Positions 1-8,585 of a stretch of 64,000 nt of DNA are shown here, one piece after another. The stretch is from NCBI GenBank assembly GCA_002796325.1, contig PCXA01000001.1, positions 260,838-324,837 on the forward strand, in the 5' to 3' direction. This DNA comes from Deltaproteobacteria bacterium CG11_big_fil_rev_8_21_14_0_20_47_16. Its GTDB lineage: Bacteria; UBA10199; GCA-002796325; 1-14-0-20-47-16. Position 1 is the stretch's first letter. Each line of letters starts with the position of its first letter. The position numbers were made by a program, and so were the translations under genes. Below the pieces are notes generated by a model, which did no database searches, was not told the origin of the DNA, and worked only from the letters and a program-made list of their open reading frames with translations.

Positions 1-386
1 TCAAACGGCCCGCAGTCAGACCATGTAGAAGGATCCCAACTGTCGCCTTGCATTAATCTGGGGGTGACGTTGGGAGAGAATTTATGGGATTTTGCATCAG
101 CAATCTGGTCGCTATTAATATCAATGCCGCAGTAATCAAAATGCCGATCAGGAAAGGCCTTCATAAGTGCGCTTGGCACAATGGGTAGTCCGCCACACGC
201 CAGATCAAGAATTCGAAGCATAGCAGGTTGTTGGTCTGATTTGAGCCAGTTGCTTAACGAGGAAATTGCTGTGGCGATGACTTCTTTATGGAGCAGCATG
301 TCGCTATCGACGATCTCTTGATAACTGCCGCCCTTGCTAAACACCCTCGCGTGTTGCATGGGCTTGCCAGTTGAAGTTCGCGTCAT
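1..386 (-). CDS. class I SAM-dependent methyltransferase, partial (start codon ~384-386, continues past window start)
   Basis: Minus-strand translation from ATG 386-384 reads MTRTSTGKPMQHARVFSKGG...ILDLACGGLPIVPSAL, a glycine-rich SAM-binding motif I. The ORF runs off the window edge, so it is absent from the complete-ORF track. Confidence 0.55.
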   Translation of the reverse strand, partial: MTRTSTGKPMQHARVFSKGGSYQEIVDSDMLLHKEVIATAISSLSNWLKSDQQPAMLRILDLACGGLPIVPSALMKAFPDRHFDYCGIDINSDQIADAKSHKFSPNVTPRLMQGDSWDPSTWSDCGPF

Positions 387-491
387 GATCCCCTCTCGTT
401 TCTAGATCTATTATTGTGACGGAAACAGATCTGTGATGCAAGTGGCTTGCCTAATAAGTCATGACTGTGTAGGTATGAAATTACCAAGGAG

Positions 492-740
492 GTGGGTATG
501 AATTACCGAGTACATTACGAAGGGTCGTGGTTTTGGGTAATCTTTTGGGCCATTTTCTTTTTCCCTGTGGCATTGGTATTGCTCCTGACCAAGTGGAGTG
601 CCGAGGGTAGCGGCAAACGAATTGTTTGCGAGTACAACGGTAGCCGTTTTTGGTTGGGGTTTTGGGTGCTTCTATTTTTCCCAATTGCCATTATCTTACT
701 CATTAATTGTGGGTTGCGGGTGGATACGAGTGCGGTATGA
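492..740 (+). CDS. small membrane protein with internal tandem duplication
   Basis: AAGGAGG lies 6 nt upstream of the ATG. Two ~35-aa repeats each carry a hydrophobic segment: [24 protein letters not shown] and [24 protein letters not shown]. The stop overlaps the msrA start as ATGA. Confidence 0.5.
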   Translation: MGMNYRVHYEGSWFWVIFWAIFFFPVALVLLLTKWSAEGSGKRIVCEYNGSRFWLGFWVLLFFPIAIILLINCGLRVDTSAV

Positions 741-1213
741 CAACTGAGCTTGCAACATTTGGAGCAGGCTGTTTCTGGGGCGTCGAAGAGGCGTTTCGGA
801 ATGTGCCTGGTGTTGTTTCGACTTCTGTGGGCTACACTGGGGGAACAACAGAGAATCCCACTTATGAAGACGTGTGCGGAAAGAAGACCGGACATGCTGA
901 AGTGGTGCAGATTGTGTTTGATCCCGCAAAGATCACCTATGAGCAATTGTTGAATATTTTTTGGGAATGCCATGATCCCACAACGCTAAATCGACAGGGT
1001 CCAGATGTAGGGTCTCAATACCGATCAGCAATTTTTTATCATTCGCCCAACCAACAAAAAATTGCGGAACATTCCAAGGCCGTGTTGGCCAAAAGTGGGC
1101 TTCACGCCTTACCCATTGTTACCGAAATCGTGCCCGCCCAAGCGTATTGGCAGGCAGAGGATTACCATCAGCAGTATTTCGCCAAGCGGGGCGGAGGGAG
1201 TTGTCATTTATAG
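737..1213 (+). CDS. msrA: peptide-methionine (S)-S-oxide reductase MsrA
   Basis: GCFWG active-site motif near the N-terminus ([15 protein letters not shown]) and MsrA-like length. Confidence 0.9.
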   Translation: MTTELATFGAGCFWGVEEAFRNVPGVVSTSVGYTGGTTENPTYEDVCGKKTGHAEVVQIVFDPAKITYEQLLNIFWECHDPTTLNRQGPDVGSQYRSAIFYHSPNQQKIAEHSKAVLAKSGLHALPIVTEIVPAQAYWQAEDYHQQYFAKRGGGSCHL

Positions 1214-1288
1214 GGTTTTTAGGAATTTGCTTGAGACTGGACGCGTCCTTAGTTACCATGTTGGTCCACATTCCAAAGGGGGAATCGT

Positions 1289-1678
1289 ATGAAGAAGGTA
1301 ATAGTTGGTTTGGCCATGGTTGCCATGGTCTTAAGTTTTGCGGCAAGCAGCGCTCGTGCTGAAGATGCCGTGTATCAAAATGAAGATGCAGGCGAAACAC
1401 ATTGCAAAGCAGATGAAGCTAACTTCTGTCCATTTGCAGTGAAAGACAGAGGGCATCGCATCGAATGTTTGAAAGCGCGTCAGTCTGAATTGTCAAAAGA
1501 GTGCGCCAAATGGGTTGATCGTCATCATGAAGTTTACAAAGCCCGCAACAAAGCTTGTAAAGACGATCAAAAGAAATTTTGTCCAAAAGATGGACATGAC
1601 TATGGTGCGCTTGTTCCATGTTTGAAATCCAACATGGATAAGTTGAGCGGCGATTGTAAGGCGACATTTACAATGTAA
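1289..1678 (+). CDS. secreted cysteine-rich repeat protein
   Basis: Signal peptide MKKVIVGLAMVAMVLSFAASSARA, RBS AAAGGGGGA, and repeated C-x(n)-FCP-x(n)-C-x(n)-C units. Confidence 0.65.
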   Translation: MKKVIVGLAMVAMVLSFAASSARAEDAVYQNEDAGETHCKADEANFCPFAVKDRGHRIECLKARQSELSKECAKWVDRHHEVYKARNKACKDDQKKFCPKDGHDYGALVPCLKSNMDKLSGDCKATFTM

Positions 1679-1702
1679 TTGAGTTATATGTGTTTATGTT
1701 CA

Positions 1703-1740
1703 AACAGCCCGCACTGTTTCCAGCGCGGGCTGTTTTATTT
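1703..1740. terminator. bidirectional rho-independent terminator between convergent genes
   Basis: Stem cagcccgc / gcgggctg followed by TTTTATTTT. Confidence 0.7.
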
Positions 1741-2379
1741 TGCAGTGGATAGTGCAACCTTGATGCCGAGGGCAATAAGAACAACACCCAGGACACGTTC
1801 TACATGATGTTGAATGCGGGTGAAGCGCTGTTTGATATGATGGTGTGAAAGAATGAGCGCCACAATTGTGAACCATACTGCAGTGGCGATCGCCATATAG
1901 GTACCATAGATGATTTGGATGGTAATAGGCGTCTGTGCGCTGATGACTTGAGTAAAGAGCGCAAAGAAGAAGAGTGTTGCTTTTGGATTTAGCACGTTTG
2001 TGAAAAAACCCATTCGGATTGCGCTGAGTGTGCTGGGATCTGGTTGACGGACCTCGTGGTGATTCTGCTGATGATGCGATTTGGACGTAATGGATTTCCA
2101 CCCAATATATAAAAGGTAGGCCGCACCCAGATATTTCATAATTGAAAAAAGCACGATGGATTTGGAAATGATTAGGCCAATTCCCAATAGACAATAGGTG
2201 ATATGCACCAATATGCCCAAGCCGAGTCCAATTGCTGAGCAGATTCCTGTTTTGCGCGAATAGACTAAGCTGTTGCGACTGATCATCACAAAGTCGGGCC
2301 CTGGACTCATGACTGCTAGTAGGTGGACTGTTGCAACCGTGAGAAATTCAGGAAGATAGGTGGTGAAGAGGATGGACAT
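1735..2379 (-). CDS. LysE/RhtB family amino-acid exporter
   Basis: Six predicted TM helices and the N-terminal MSPGPDF motif typical of the LysE/RhtB family. Confidence 0.85.
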   Translation of the reverse strand: MSILFTTYLPEFLTVATVHLLAVMSPGPDFVMISRNSLVYSRKTGICSAIGLGLGILVHITYCLLGIGLIISKSIVLFSIMKYLGAAYLLYIGWKSITSKSHHQQNHHEVRQPDPSTLSAIRMGFFTNVLNPKATLFFFALFTQVISAQTPITIQIIYGTYMAIATAVWFTIVALILSHHHIKQRFTRIQHHVERVLGVVLIALGIKVALSTAK

Positions 2380-2437
2380 GGCCTAGTAGATAAGGCGATC
2401 GAGTCGCATCGTCAATGTCCAATTATAAGGAGCCTAT

Positions 2438-2938
2438 ATGATGCCATTAATGTTGGGAGTAATGCTCACTACATCAACCATGCCTCAAGTTGGCCAAGTG
2501 GCACCGAATCTTCATGCAATGTCTACATCCGACAAAGTGATAACACTTTCAGAGCTGAAGGGCTCCTGGGTGGTGCTGTATTTTTACCCCAAAGCCTTTA
2601 CACCGGGTTGCACCAAAGAAGCGTGTTCGTTGCGCGACGGCTATTTTGGAATTCAAAAATTGGGTGCCGTAATTTTGGGTGTGAGTTTTGATAAAATCGC
2701 GACGCTTAAAAAGTTCAAAGCCGAATATCATCTGCCATTTGAATTGCTGAGTGACTCCGACAAAAGAATCGCCAAGGCTTACGATGTGGTTGGGTTGTTG
2801 GGTCTTTATGCAAAACGTAAAACCTTTATTATTGATCCCGATGGCAAAATCGCCTTCGTTTTTGATTCCGTTGATAGCGCGCATCATAATGCGGAAGTGA
2901 CCGAGAAGTTGAAGGCGTTAGTTGCAGCTTGGCAGTGA
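2438..2938 (+). CDS. bcp: thiol peroxidase Bcp (peroxiredoxin)
   Basis: YFYPKAFTPGCTKEAC motif and RBS AAGGAG. The catalytic domain may start at the internal MPQVGQ. Confidence 0.9.
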   Translation: MMPLMLGVMLTTSTMPQVGQVAPNLHAMSTSDKVITLSELKGSWVVLYFYPKAFTPGCTKEACSLRDGYFGIQKLGAVILGVSFDKIATLKKFKAEYHLPFELLSDSDKRIAKAYDVVGLLGLYAKRKTFIIDPDGKIAFVFDSVDSAHHNAEVTEKLKALVAAWQ

Positions 2939-3811
2939 TTGTGGCGATGTCCATTTTGTCAGTGCAACCCCACCAATAATAATGGCGGTGCCAACAAATG
3001 ATTGCCAATAGGGGATGCGATGTAAAAAGAGGGCATCAAGCACAATGGCGACAATGGGATAAAAAAAAGCAGCAGACGCAGTTGTTACGGTGCCCAATGT
3101 TTTAATGAGCTGGAACCAAATGATGTATCCCAAAACGATTACAACTAATGCCAGATATCCCATTGCAACCAGTGTTTGTGTGTCGCTGATTATAGTGGTC
3201 CACGTGGGCCACTTTTCGATGGCACGTGATAATATTGCAAGCATTAAAAATGCCGGGATCCCCTGATAAACAAGCAGTACCGAGCTGCTGACACGTTTTG
3301 TGATGGGATGCAAGATGGGTATGACAATACCAAAACTGATTGACGCACCCAGAATGGCGAGTAATCCCCATAGTTTGGTGTGAGAGTCCACCATTAATCG
3401 TGGTGATAGCACAAAAAGAATGCCGCAAAATCCCAATACGATGCCGATCCACTGTTGAAGGGTGGGTGAGGATGGTCGATCAAATAGTGGTTCAGCGAGT
3501 GTTGCAAAAATAGGGCTTGAGCAAAGAATGATTGCAGCGGGTGCTGGGGCCACTACGGTTTGTCCCCAAAAGATAAGTGCAGAGGGAATGGTTAAACAGA
3601 AAAATCCGGTCATCATGCATCGCATGGCCAGGTGTCCGCGGGGCCAATTGTTGCGATTGGTTTTCCATGCGTAGGGCAAAATCAAGAGTGTGGCGAGGCC
3701 AACGCGAATCATTGCACCAAAAATGGGTGGATAGGCGAGCACGACATAGTGAATGGCGAGAAAGCTGCTTCCTGTGATGAGTATGAGAAGAATGTAGAGG
3801 AGCGTGTTCAT
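2918..3811 (-). CDS. EamA/DMT family transporter
   Basis: Ten TM segments and a duplicated EamA architecture. The longer ORF extension to 3994 is non-membrane and overlaps the upstream gene. ATG at 3811-3809 overlaps the upstream stop as ATGA. Confidence 0.8.
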   Translation of the reverse strand: MNTLLYILLILITGSSFLAIHYVVLAYPPIFGAMIRVGLATLLILPYAWKTNRNNWPRGHLAMRCMMTGFFCLTIPSALIFWGQTVVAPAPAAIILCSSPIFATLAEPLFDRPSSPTLQQWIGIVLGFCGILFVLSPRLMVDSHTKLWGLLAILGASISFGIVIPILHPITKRVSSSVLLVYQGIPAFLMLAILSRAIEKWPTWTTIISDTQTLVAMGYLALVVIVLGYIIWFQLIKTLGTVTTASAAFFYPIVAIVLDALFLHRIPYWQSFVGTAIIIGGVALTKWTSPQSLPSCN

Positions 3812-4173
3812 AGTGATTGCACTCTTTTTGCCAGAGCCAGTTTCTGCTTGAGTTGCTTTGTTGTATATCTGCCATTTCTTGGTGTTAGTCGTTTGTAGTC
3901 TCTTAGAATTAGTTTTGCTCTTTTGTCTTTGATGAGGAGCCAAGGTAAAATTGATTCCATGAGGGCTAGAGCGGAGTTGCTTCTCAGTGTCCAAACATAA
4001 GAAGGAGTGTGATGGTTCTTATATACTTTCTTTAGATGTTGAAGTAGTCGAAGGCTGGTGTCGGCGACAGATATTTCGGGTGAGGGTGTTTGATTGCTAT
4101 GGTGACGTGATAAGGTGATTGTTCCTTCCCCATCAATAATGCCTGCAATGTAAGCAAGATCAGTCTTTGTCAT
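3808..4173 (-). CDS. LAGLIDADG-type homing-endonuclease-like protein (single-motif, 121 aa)
   Basis: N-terminal LAYIAGIIDGEGTI matches the LAGLIDADG/I-CreI motif LLYLAGFVDGDGSI, and the following alpha/beta pattern aligns with I-CreI. Translationally coupled to the EamA gene. Confidence 0.65.
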   Translation of the reverse strand: MTKTDLAYIAGIIDGEGTITLSRHHSNQTPSPEISVADTSLRLLQHLKKVYKNHHTPSYVWTLRSNSALALMESILPWLLIKDKRAKLILRDYKRLTPRNGRYTTKQLKQKLALAKRVQSL

Positions 4174-4210
4174 AAGTAATGCCTATTACACTGGCATTTA
4201 TTCGTCAAAA

Positions 4211-4247
4211 TCAAAAGCCCCTGCAACATAGGTTGCAGGGGCTTTTT
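4211..4247 (-). terminator. rho-independent terminator following ssrA exon 2
   Basis: gcccctgcaac / gttgcaggggc stem followed by a U-run on the minus strand. Confidence 0.7.
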
Positions 4248-4841
4248 GTGGAGGTGGGGGGACATGTGTTCCCGCGACTTTCGTTGCGGCATGGACTATC
4301 TCTTCATCCCAAAATCTGGGAGCTCAGCGTATTATGATGGACATAAATTTGCGTTGTCGCAGCATCCATCATCTTACAGTCTCTGCAGGGCTTTTGAATT
4401 TCATTACCCCTCAGGATTGCCCGTCTCTATTGAGGTGTGGGTTTCCCTGATATAAGCCGAGTTTTGCAATGGAAGTTGCCTTCCATGTCGACCAACTGAT
4501 CGAACCCCCGTCCGAAGACCTTTCATGCAATCATCTACGCAAGTAGTCCGTATTTTGTTTGGCAGTTGTAAGCTTCTACGAACAAAATTTTACAACCGCG
4601 AGCCCCGGCATATTCTCGCCAACACGCCCCGAGACAGAACGTGAAAGCCAACCCGCTGTCGGCGGTTCACATCTCCTAGCAGGTGGTCAGAGAGGAACCG
4701 TTAGCAGGGTTTTAGGCTGCTAAGGCAAAGTCAACGTTATCGTTGGCATTTGTGTTTTTTCCCGGCCAGTTTTGCGACTTGATTGGGTTGGTCGTTGCGC
4801 CGATTACACTACGGTGCCCCCGTCGAAACCGGTGCACCCCC
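4248..4841 (-). ncRNA. ssrA: tmRNA (ssrA) interrupted by an intron: exon 1 4499-4841, exon 2 4248-4262
   Basis: 5' end GGGGGUGCACCGGUUUCGACGGGGG resembles the tmRNA tRNA-like 5' end. Tag ORF ...GCC AAC GAT AAC GTT GAC TTT GCC TTA GCA GCC TAA encodes ANDNVDFALAA. Pseudoknot-rich body. The 3' T-arm GGACGGGGGUUCGAU is completed only by exon 2 UCCCCCCACCUCCAC. The spliced product has a 7-nt T-loop UUCGAUU, a 5-bp T-stem, an acceptor pairing with G3:U70, and is 357 nt. Confidence 0.85.
4263..4498 (-). other. group I intron (236 nt) in the tmRNA T-loop
   Basis: Exon U before the 5' splice site pairs as U·G with IGS GGUCGA (P1). The intron ends in G. P2 is a 7-bp hairpin with a GCAA tetraloop. The R-like element CAGAGACUG and S-like element AAGAGAUAGUCC (consensus AAGAUAUAGUCC) form P7. 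Confidence 0.75.
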
Positions 4842-4891
4842 GTCATCTCAATGAACTTCCTCCAGTATAGGATTGACAAGTGTTTCCGGGC

Positions 4892-4920
4892 AAGCAACTT
4901 CTGCTAAGAATTGCCGATAA
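4892..4920 (+). promoter_or_regulatory. sigma-28/FliA-like promoter motif AGCAACTTCT-N10-GCCGATAA
   Basis: -10-like GCCGATAA at 4913-4920, 17 nt before the ATG at 4938. Same bipartite motif as five other sites in the window. Confidence 0.5.
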
Positions 4921-4937
4921 TAGTATGTGGAGGAATT

Positions 4938-6221
4938 ATGTTAAGTGGTGAATTTGGGGATCCAAGATTATTCTTAGAATTCATGAAGTTAGGTGTTGGT
5001 TTGCTTGCGGATCGGAGTGGTGCCTTCCTACCCAAAAGCCGTACCCGTCCCGTGGTACAGGCCTGGCTTGCGCCACACCTGGATTCCTATAAGCAAGACT
5101 CACGGGCTAAGGCAGAGGGAGCTCCCTTTTTGCGTCGTGCGGAAATTGCGCTTTGCACCGGTACGGTGGGCTTCTTTGCACAATCTGCTGCTGCGTTAAT
5201 CGATTCGGTGGGACAGGCACTCACACAAGAAACGCCTGCAAAAGCATTACTGCGTACGGTTGAAGATATTGCGAATAGCACAGTTCATTTAACAGCTGGT
5301 GGTATCCGACTTGTGGTGCATCCCTCCCAAAATGACTATGACAATATGCTTGCCGCGACAGAAATTGCATGGTCGGTCGGTGCAGCTTACTACACAGCTA
5401 AGTCTGCTGGGAATGGAATGAATCAATTTAAAATGCCTGACTTGTCTCCAATGCCTGTCACCACAGATGGTGTGGCAATGGCTTCTACAGGTTTCTTTGC
5501 TGGTGAGAGACCCAATATATTTGCTGGCCCTTTGCTCATGGCCGCAGATGGCTCTGCTCCAAACGCAGTTGACCTTTTAGGAGAAGAGCTAGAGCACTTG
5601 GATCGCACAACTGTAGGACCATCAACTGAAGTTGGTTCGCATATTGTGGGTCCATGGAAAGTGCGTCTGGAAGCGTTACATGAAAGATTAATCTCATTTT
5701 TGGGATTGCGCCCTGATCAAGCCATTGTTGTTGAAATGGGTCCAGGTCCACAACACCGCATGATCAAGACGCTTGCACCAAGGGTGAGAAAATATATTGC
5801 TGTTGAGCCCCAACTATATTGTGCAAAGGCACTCGAGAGGTTGACTAGCAATTTAGAATGGGGAGATCGTCTCATTGTTTTTGGATCAGAGCTTTGGGAT
5901 ATACCCATAAGGACGTTTGCGGAAGGTGGCGCTGATATTGTGTATGCGTCTCATCCGCATCATGCAACCTCCAACAGTTGGGTGGGAATGGGTGTTGCGC
6001 CCCATAATCCCGTAAAATTAATTGATGCCTTAGGTGAAGGTGTTCGTGATGGCGGATTTTTAGTCATTCAAACAGATGATGCGGCATATGCTGCTGCTGT
6101 AACAAGTGGTGCTTCCCGTTGGCGCCCAGTGTTTGTGAAGCAGATCACCGAACCGTTCATGCCATCCATTCATTTTATAGAAACGGATCATATCATCGTG
6201 CTGCAGCGCATGGCTGAGTAG
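4938..6221 (+). CDS. hypothetical protein with C-terminal Rossmann/methyltransferase-like region
   Basis: RBS GGAGG is 7 nt upstream. VVEMGPGPQ...AVEP resembles SAM-MTase motifs I and II. No confident family assignment. Confidence 0.55.
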   Translation: MLSGEFGDPRLFLEFMKLGVGLLADRSGAFLPKSRTRPVVQAWLAPHLDSYKQDSRAKAEGAPFLRRAEIALCTGTVGFFAQSAAALIDSVGQALTQETPAKALLRTVEDIANSTVHLTAGGIRLVVHPSQNDYDNMLAATEIAWSVGAAYYTAKSAGNGMNQFKMPDLSPMPVTTDGVAMASTGFFAGERPNIFAGPLLMAADGSAPNAVDLLGEELEHLDRTTVGPSTEVGSHIVGPWKVRLEALHERLISFLGLRPDQAIVVEMGPGPQHRMIKTLAPRVRKYIAVEPQLYCAKALERLTSNLEWGDRLIVFGSELWDIPIRTFAEGGADIVYASHPHHATSNSWVGMGVAPHNPVKLIDALGEGVRDGGFLVIQTDDAAYAAAVTSGASRWRPVFVKQITEPFMPSIHFIETDHIIVLQRMAE

Positions 6222-6222
6222 T

Positions 6223-6675
6223 TCACCCTCTTTTACGCACAACCCGTGCCATTTCCCGATTGGTCTCACGCTTCTTGATGTCGTCGCGCTTGTCGTGCGT
6301 CTTTTTGCCTGCACCCAATGCCATTTCAATTTTGACACGACCATTTTTAAAATACATCTTGGTGGGAACGAGGGAGAGGCCCTTTTGTTGAAGTTGACCA
6401 ATGAGGCGCTGCAATTCGCGTTTGTGCACAAGCAGCTTTCGCATGCGCATGGGCTCATGGCCGGTGTAGCTGGCAGCCTTGTATTCACCAATGTGGCAAT
6501 TCACCAACCAGAGCTCACCCTTGTGCAACATGCCATAGGCATCGCCTAGGTTGGCTTTGCCGTCACGCAGTGATTTGACTTCGCTTCCCATAAGCACAAG
6601 CCCCGCTTCAAATTTGTCGCTTAAATGAAAGTTAAATCCGGCCTTGCGGTTCAATGAAATGATTTTTTCAGCCAT
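6223..6675 (-). CDS. smpB: SsrA-binding protein SmpB
   Basis: MAEKIISLNRKAGFNFHL...GSEVKSLR...ELWLVNCHIGEYK...LLVHKRE signature and the KKRD-rich tail. Confidence 0.9.
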   Translation of the reverse strand: MAEKIISLNRKAGFNFHLSDKFEAGLVLMGSEVKSLRDGKANLGDAYGMLHKGELWLVNCHIGEYKAASYTGHEPMRMRKLLVHKRELQRLIGQLQQKGLSLVPTKMYFKNGRVKIEMALGAGKKTHDKRDDIKKRETNREMARVVRKRG

Positions 6676-7297
6676 GGGACTTACCAGATACCAAGCCACC
6701 GCTAATAATGAGTTTGGATGCTTCGTCGACAGTGAGTGATGTGGGGATGACATCCTCTTCTTTCACCATCAACAAGTAGCCCGATGTGGGGTTGGGTGCC
6801 GTGGGAATGTAAACGCGAATGAAATGATCATCTGCCATTGCCTCGGGCATTTCGGTTGATTCCCCTGTGACAAACGCAATGGCGTATTGATTTTTGGATG
6901 GAAATTCGACGAGTACGACGCGCGAATATTTGGCGCTCTCTTGGCCAAACAAAGTTTGTAGGAGTTGCTTTAAACCTTTGTAGACTGCATTGCCCACTGG
7001 AATTTGGGAGAGCAGCCAATCACCCGCACGTAGTAGCTGTTTGCCCAGGTAGACGCGGGTTAGAACGCCAACAAACAAAATAATGGGAATAGTGAGGACG
7101 AGCCCCATGCCAGGAACGCTAAATCCAAACCACGCCTTGGGTTGCAGCGCATGAGGAATAAATTGAAAGAACATGTCATCTACGCCGACAACGATTGTTT
7201 TTAAAATCCAAAACGTACCATAGAGCGGCATAATAACGAGCAGCCCTGCGATAAAATATTTTCGAAACAGAAGTTTGAGTGTGCTCCAGAAACTCAT
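6668..7297 (-). CDS. DUF502 family membrane protein
   Basis: Two N-terminal TM helices followed by a conserved soluble domain; overlaps the smpB start. Confidence 0.7.
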   Translation of the reverse strand: MSFWSTLKLLFRKYFIAGLLVIMPLYGTFWILKTIVVGVDDMFFQFIPHALQPKAWFGFSVPGMGLVLTIPIILFVGVLTRVYLGKQLLRAGDWLLSQIPVGNAVYKGLKQLLQTLFGQESAKYSRVVLVEFPSKNQYAIAFVTGESTEMPEAMADDHFIRVYIPTAPNPTSGYLLMVKEEDVIPTSLTVDEASKLIISGGLVSGKSHG

Positions 7298-8562
7298 GGC
7301 GTTTGGTTTTTGAGAATATGGCCATTGACCATGCTGAGGCGCACATGGAGTGGCGTGGTTTGGCGGATGAGTGCATCGTATAGGAAATGTGCATCAGCCA
7401 TTTGAGGGGCATCAACGACAATAACGTCAGCGGACTTACCAACCGTTAAACTACCAATGCGGTGCTCTAGGCCCAATGCGCGTGCACCGCCCATCGTTGC
7501 CATATGCATCAAGTCCTTTGCTGTGGGAGTATCGGTTGAGAGTGTGCCTTCCAAAGCGGTTTTCATTTCCTGCCACAAATTAAAGTCGGGTGGTTGTGTA
7601 GTCGCTTCGGTGCCAAGTGCAACTGGGATGCCGTTGTCGTGGAGTTTGTTCCATGGGAACTTGCCATGACTGAACAGCTGGTTGGCGCGAGGGCAGAATA
7701 CGACGCGACACATGTGGCGCGCCAAGAGTGTAAAGTCACGTGCACCCAAGTGAATGCCACCAATAATCGTTGGGGATGCATCTAAGAAGCCAATGTCATT
7801 TAAATATTGAATCGGTGTCTTACGAAATGCAGGTGGTAAATCGTTGCCCCAGCCAATGCTTGGGAAAAGTTCTGTGCCGATGGCCCCTTGTGAATCAAAA
7901 AAGAACTCCATTTCAGAGAAAGATTCTGTGGCGTGAACCATCAGCGGTACACCCAACTCTTTGGCGTGCTGGCTGGTAACGCGTAGTAAGTGGCGTGAGA
8001 GAAGGTAGGGCGCAAATGGACCCAATCCTGCGTGAATAGTCGGGTCGTGTTCATCTAGATATTTTTCAACGAGCGCCAATGCACTTTCATAGCGGTCCTG
8101 AGACAGTGTGCCAGGTCCCCCTGCAATTGAAGGGAAAATAACAGTGCGAATACCCATTTCCTTAGCCAGTTGGAAGGTGGCTTCACTGCTGGCAAAATCC
8201 CCAACGCATGTGGTTCCCGAATCAATGACCTGTTTCATGCCACGCTGAATGGCGGGAATGAGTTGCGCCATTTGGGTACCGCGTTGGTACTTGAGCATGG
8301 AGACCAGCCAATTGACAAAATTACTATCATCGCCCAAAAAGTGAGTCAGGTCCAAGTGGGCATGAGCATTCACTAGCCCTGGCATCAGAACATGATTGTC
8401 GAAGTTGCGAATGGTGGCGTTGGGGTACTGAGTCTTGAGTTTTTCGGCGGTGCCCACGGCAGCAATGGTGCTGCCATCAATGGCAACTGCACCATCGGCA
8501 ATGGGATCATGATCAATGGTGATGACGTGTTTGGCAGTAATGAGTTCCATGTGGACAAGCAA
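7294..8562 (-). CDS. amidohydrolase family protein (nucleoside/aminofutalosine deaminase-like)
   Basis: Metal-binding motifs HAHLD and HATE, and amidohydrolase-family length. Confidence 0.8.
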   Translation of the reverse strand: MLVHMELITAKHVITIDHDPIADGAVAIDGSTIAAVGTAEKLKTQYPNATIRNFDNHVLMPGLVNAHAHLDLTHFLGDDSNFVNWLVSMLKYQRGTQMAQLIPAIQRGMKQVIDSGTTCVGDFASSEATFQLAKEMGIRTVIFPSIAGGPGTLSQDRYESALALVEKYLDEHDPTIHAGLGPFAPYLLSRHLLRVTSQHAKELGVPLMVHATESFSEMEFFFDSQGAIGTELFPSIGWGNDLPPAFRKTPIQYLNDIGFLDASPTIIGGIHLGARDFTLLARHMCRVVFCPRANQLFSHGKFPWNKLHDNGIPVALGTEATTQPPDFNLWQEMKTALEGTLSTDTPTAKDLMHMATMGGARALGLEHRIGSLTVGKSADVIVVDAPQMADAHFLYDALIRQTTPLHVRLSMVNGHILKNQTP

Positions 8563-8585
8563 TTACCAGAACTAATGCGGATTTC

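Noticed and set aside
3812-3994. N-terminal 61-aa extension of the EamA transporter ORF
   Set aside because: The extension is hydrophilic and unlike DMT transporters, and it overlaps the LAGLIDADG-like gene. The internal ATG at 3811 gives a canonical 10-TM protein with ATGA coupling.
4246-4455. 69-aa plus-strand ORF
   Set aside because: Lies entirely antisense to the ssrA 3' exon and group I intron. It has no RBS and its composition is atypical. Treated as a chance ORF.
4263-4498. Alternative reading of the ssrA interruption as a genomic-island or prophage integration scar
   Set aside because: tmRNA-targeting integrases regenerate an intact 3' end at the junction. Here there is no duplicated T-arm and no integrase. 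The insertion is only 236 nt. It has group I P1/P2/P7 features and exact exon-joining geometry.
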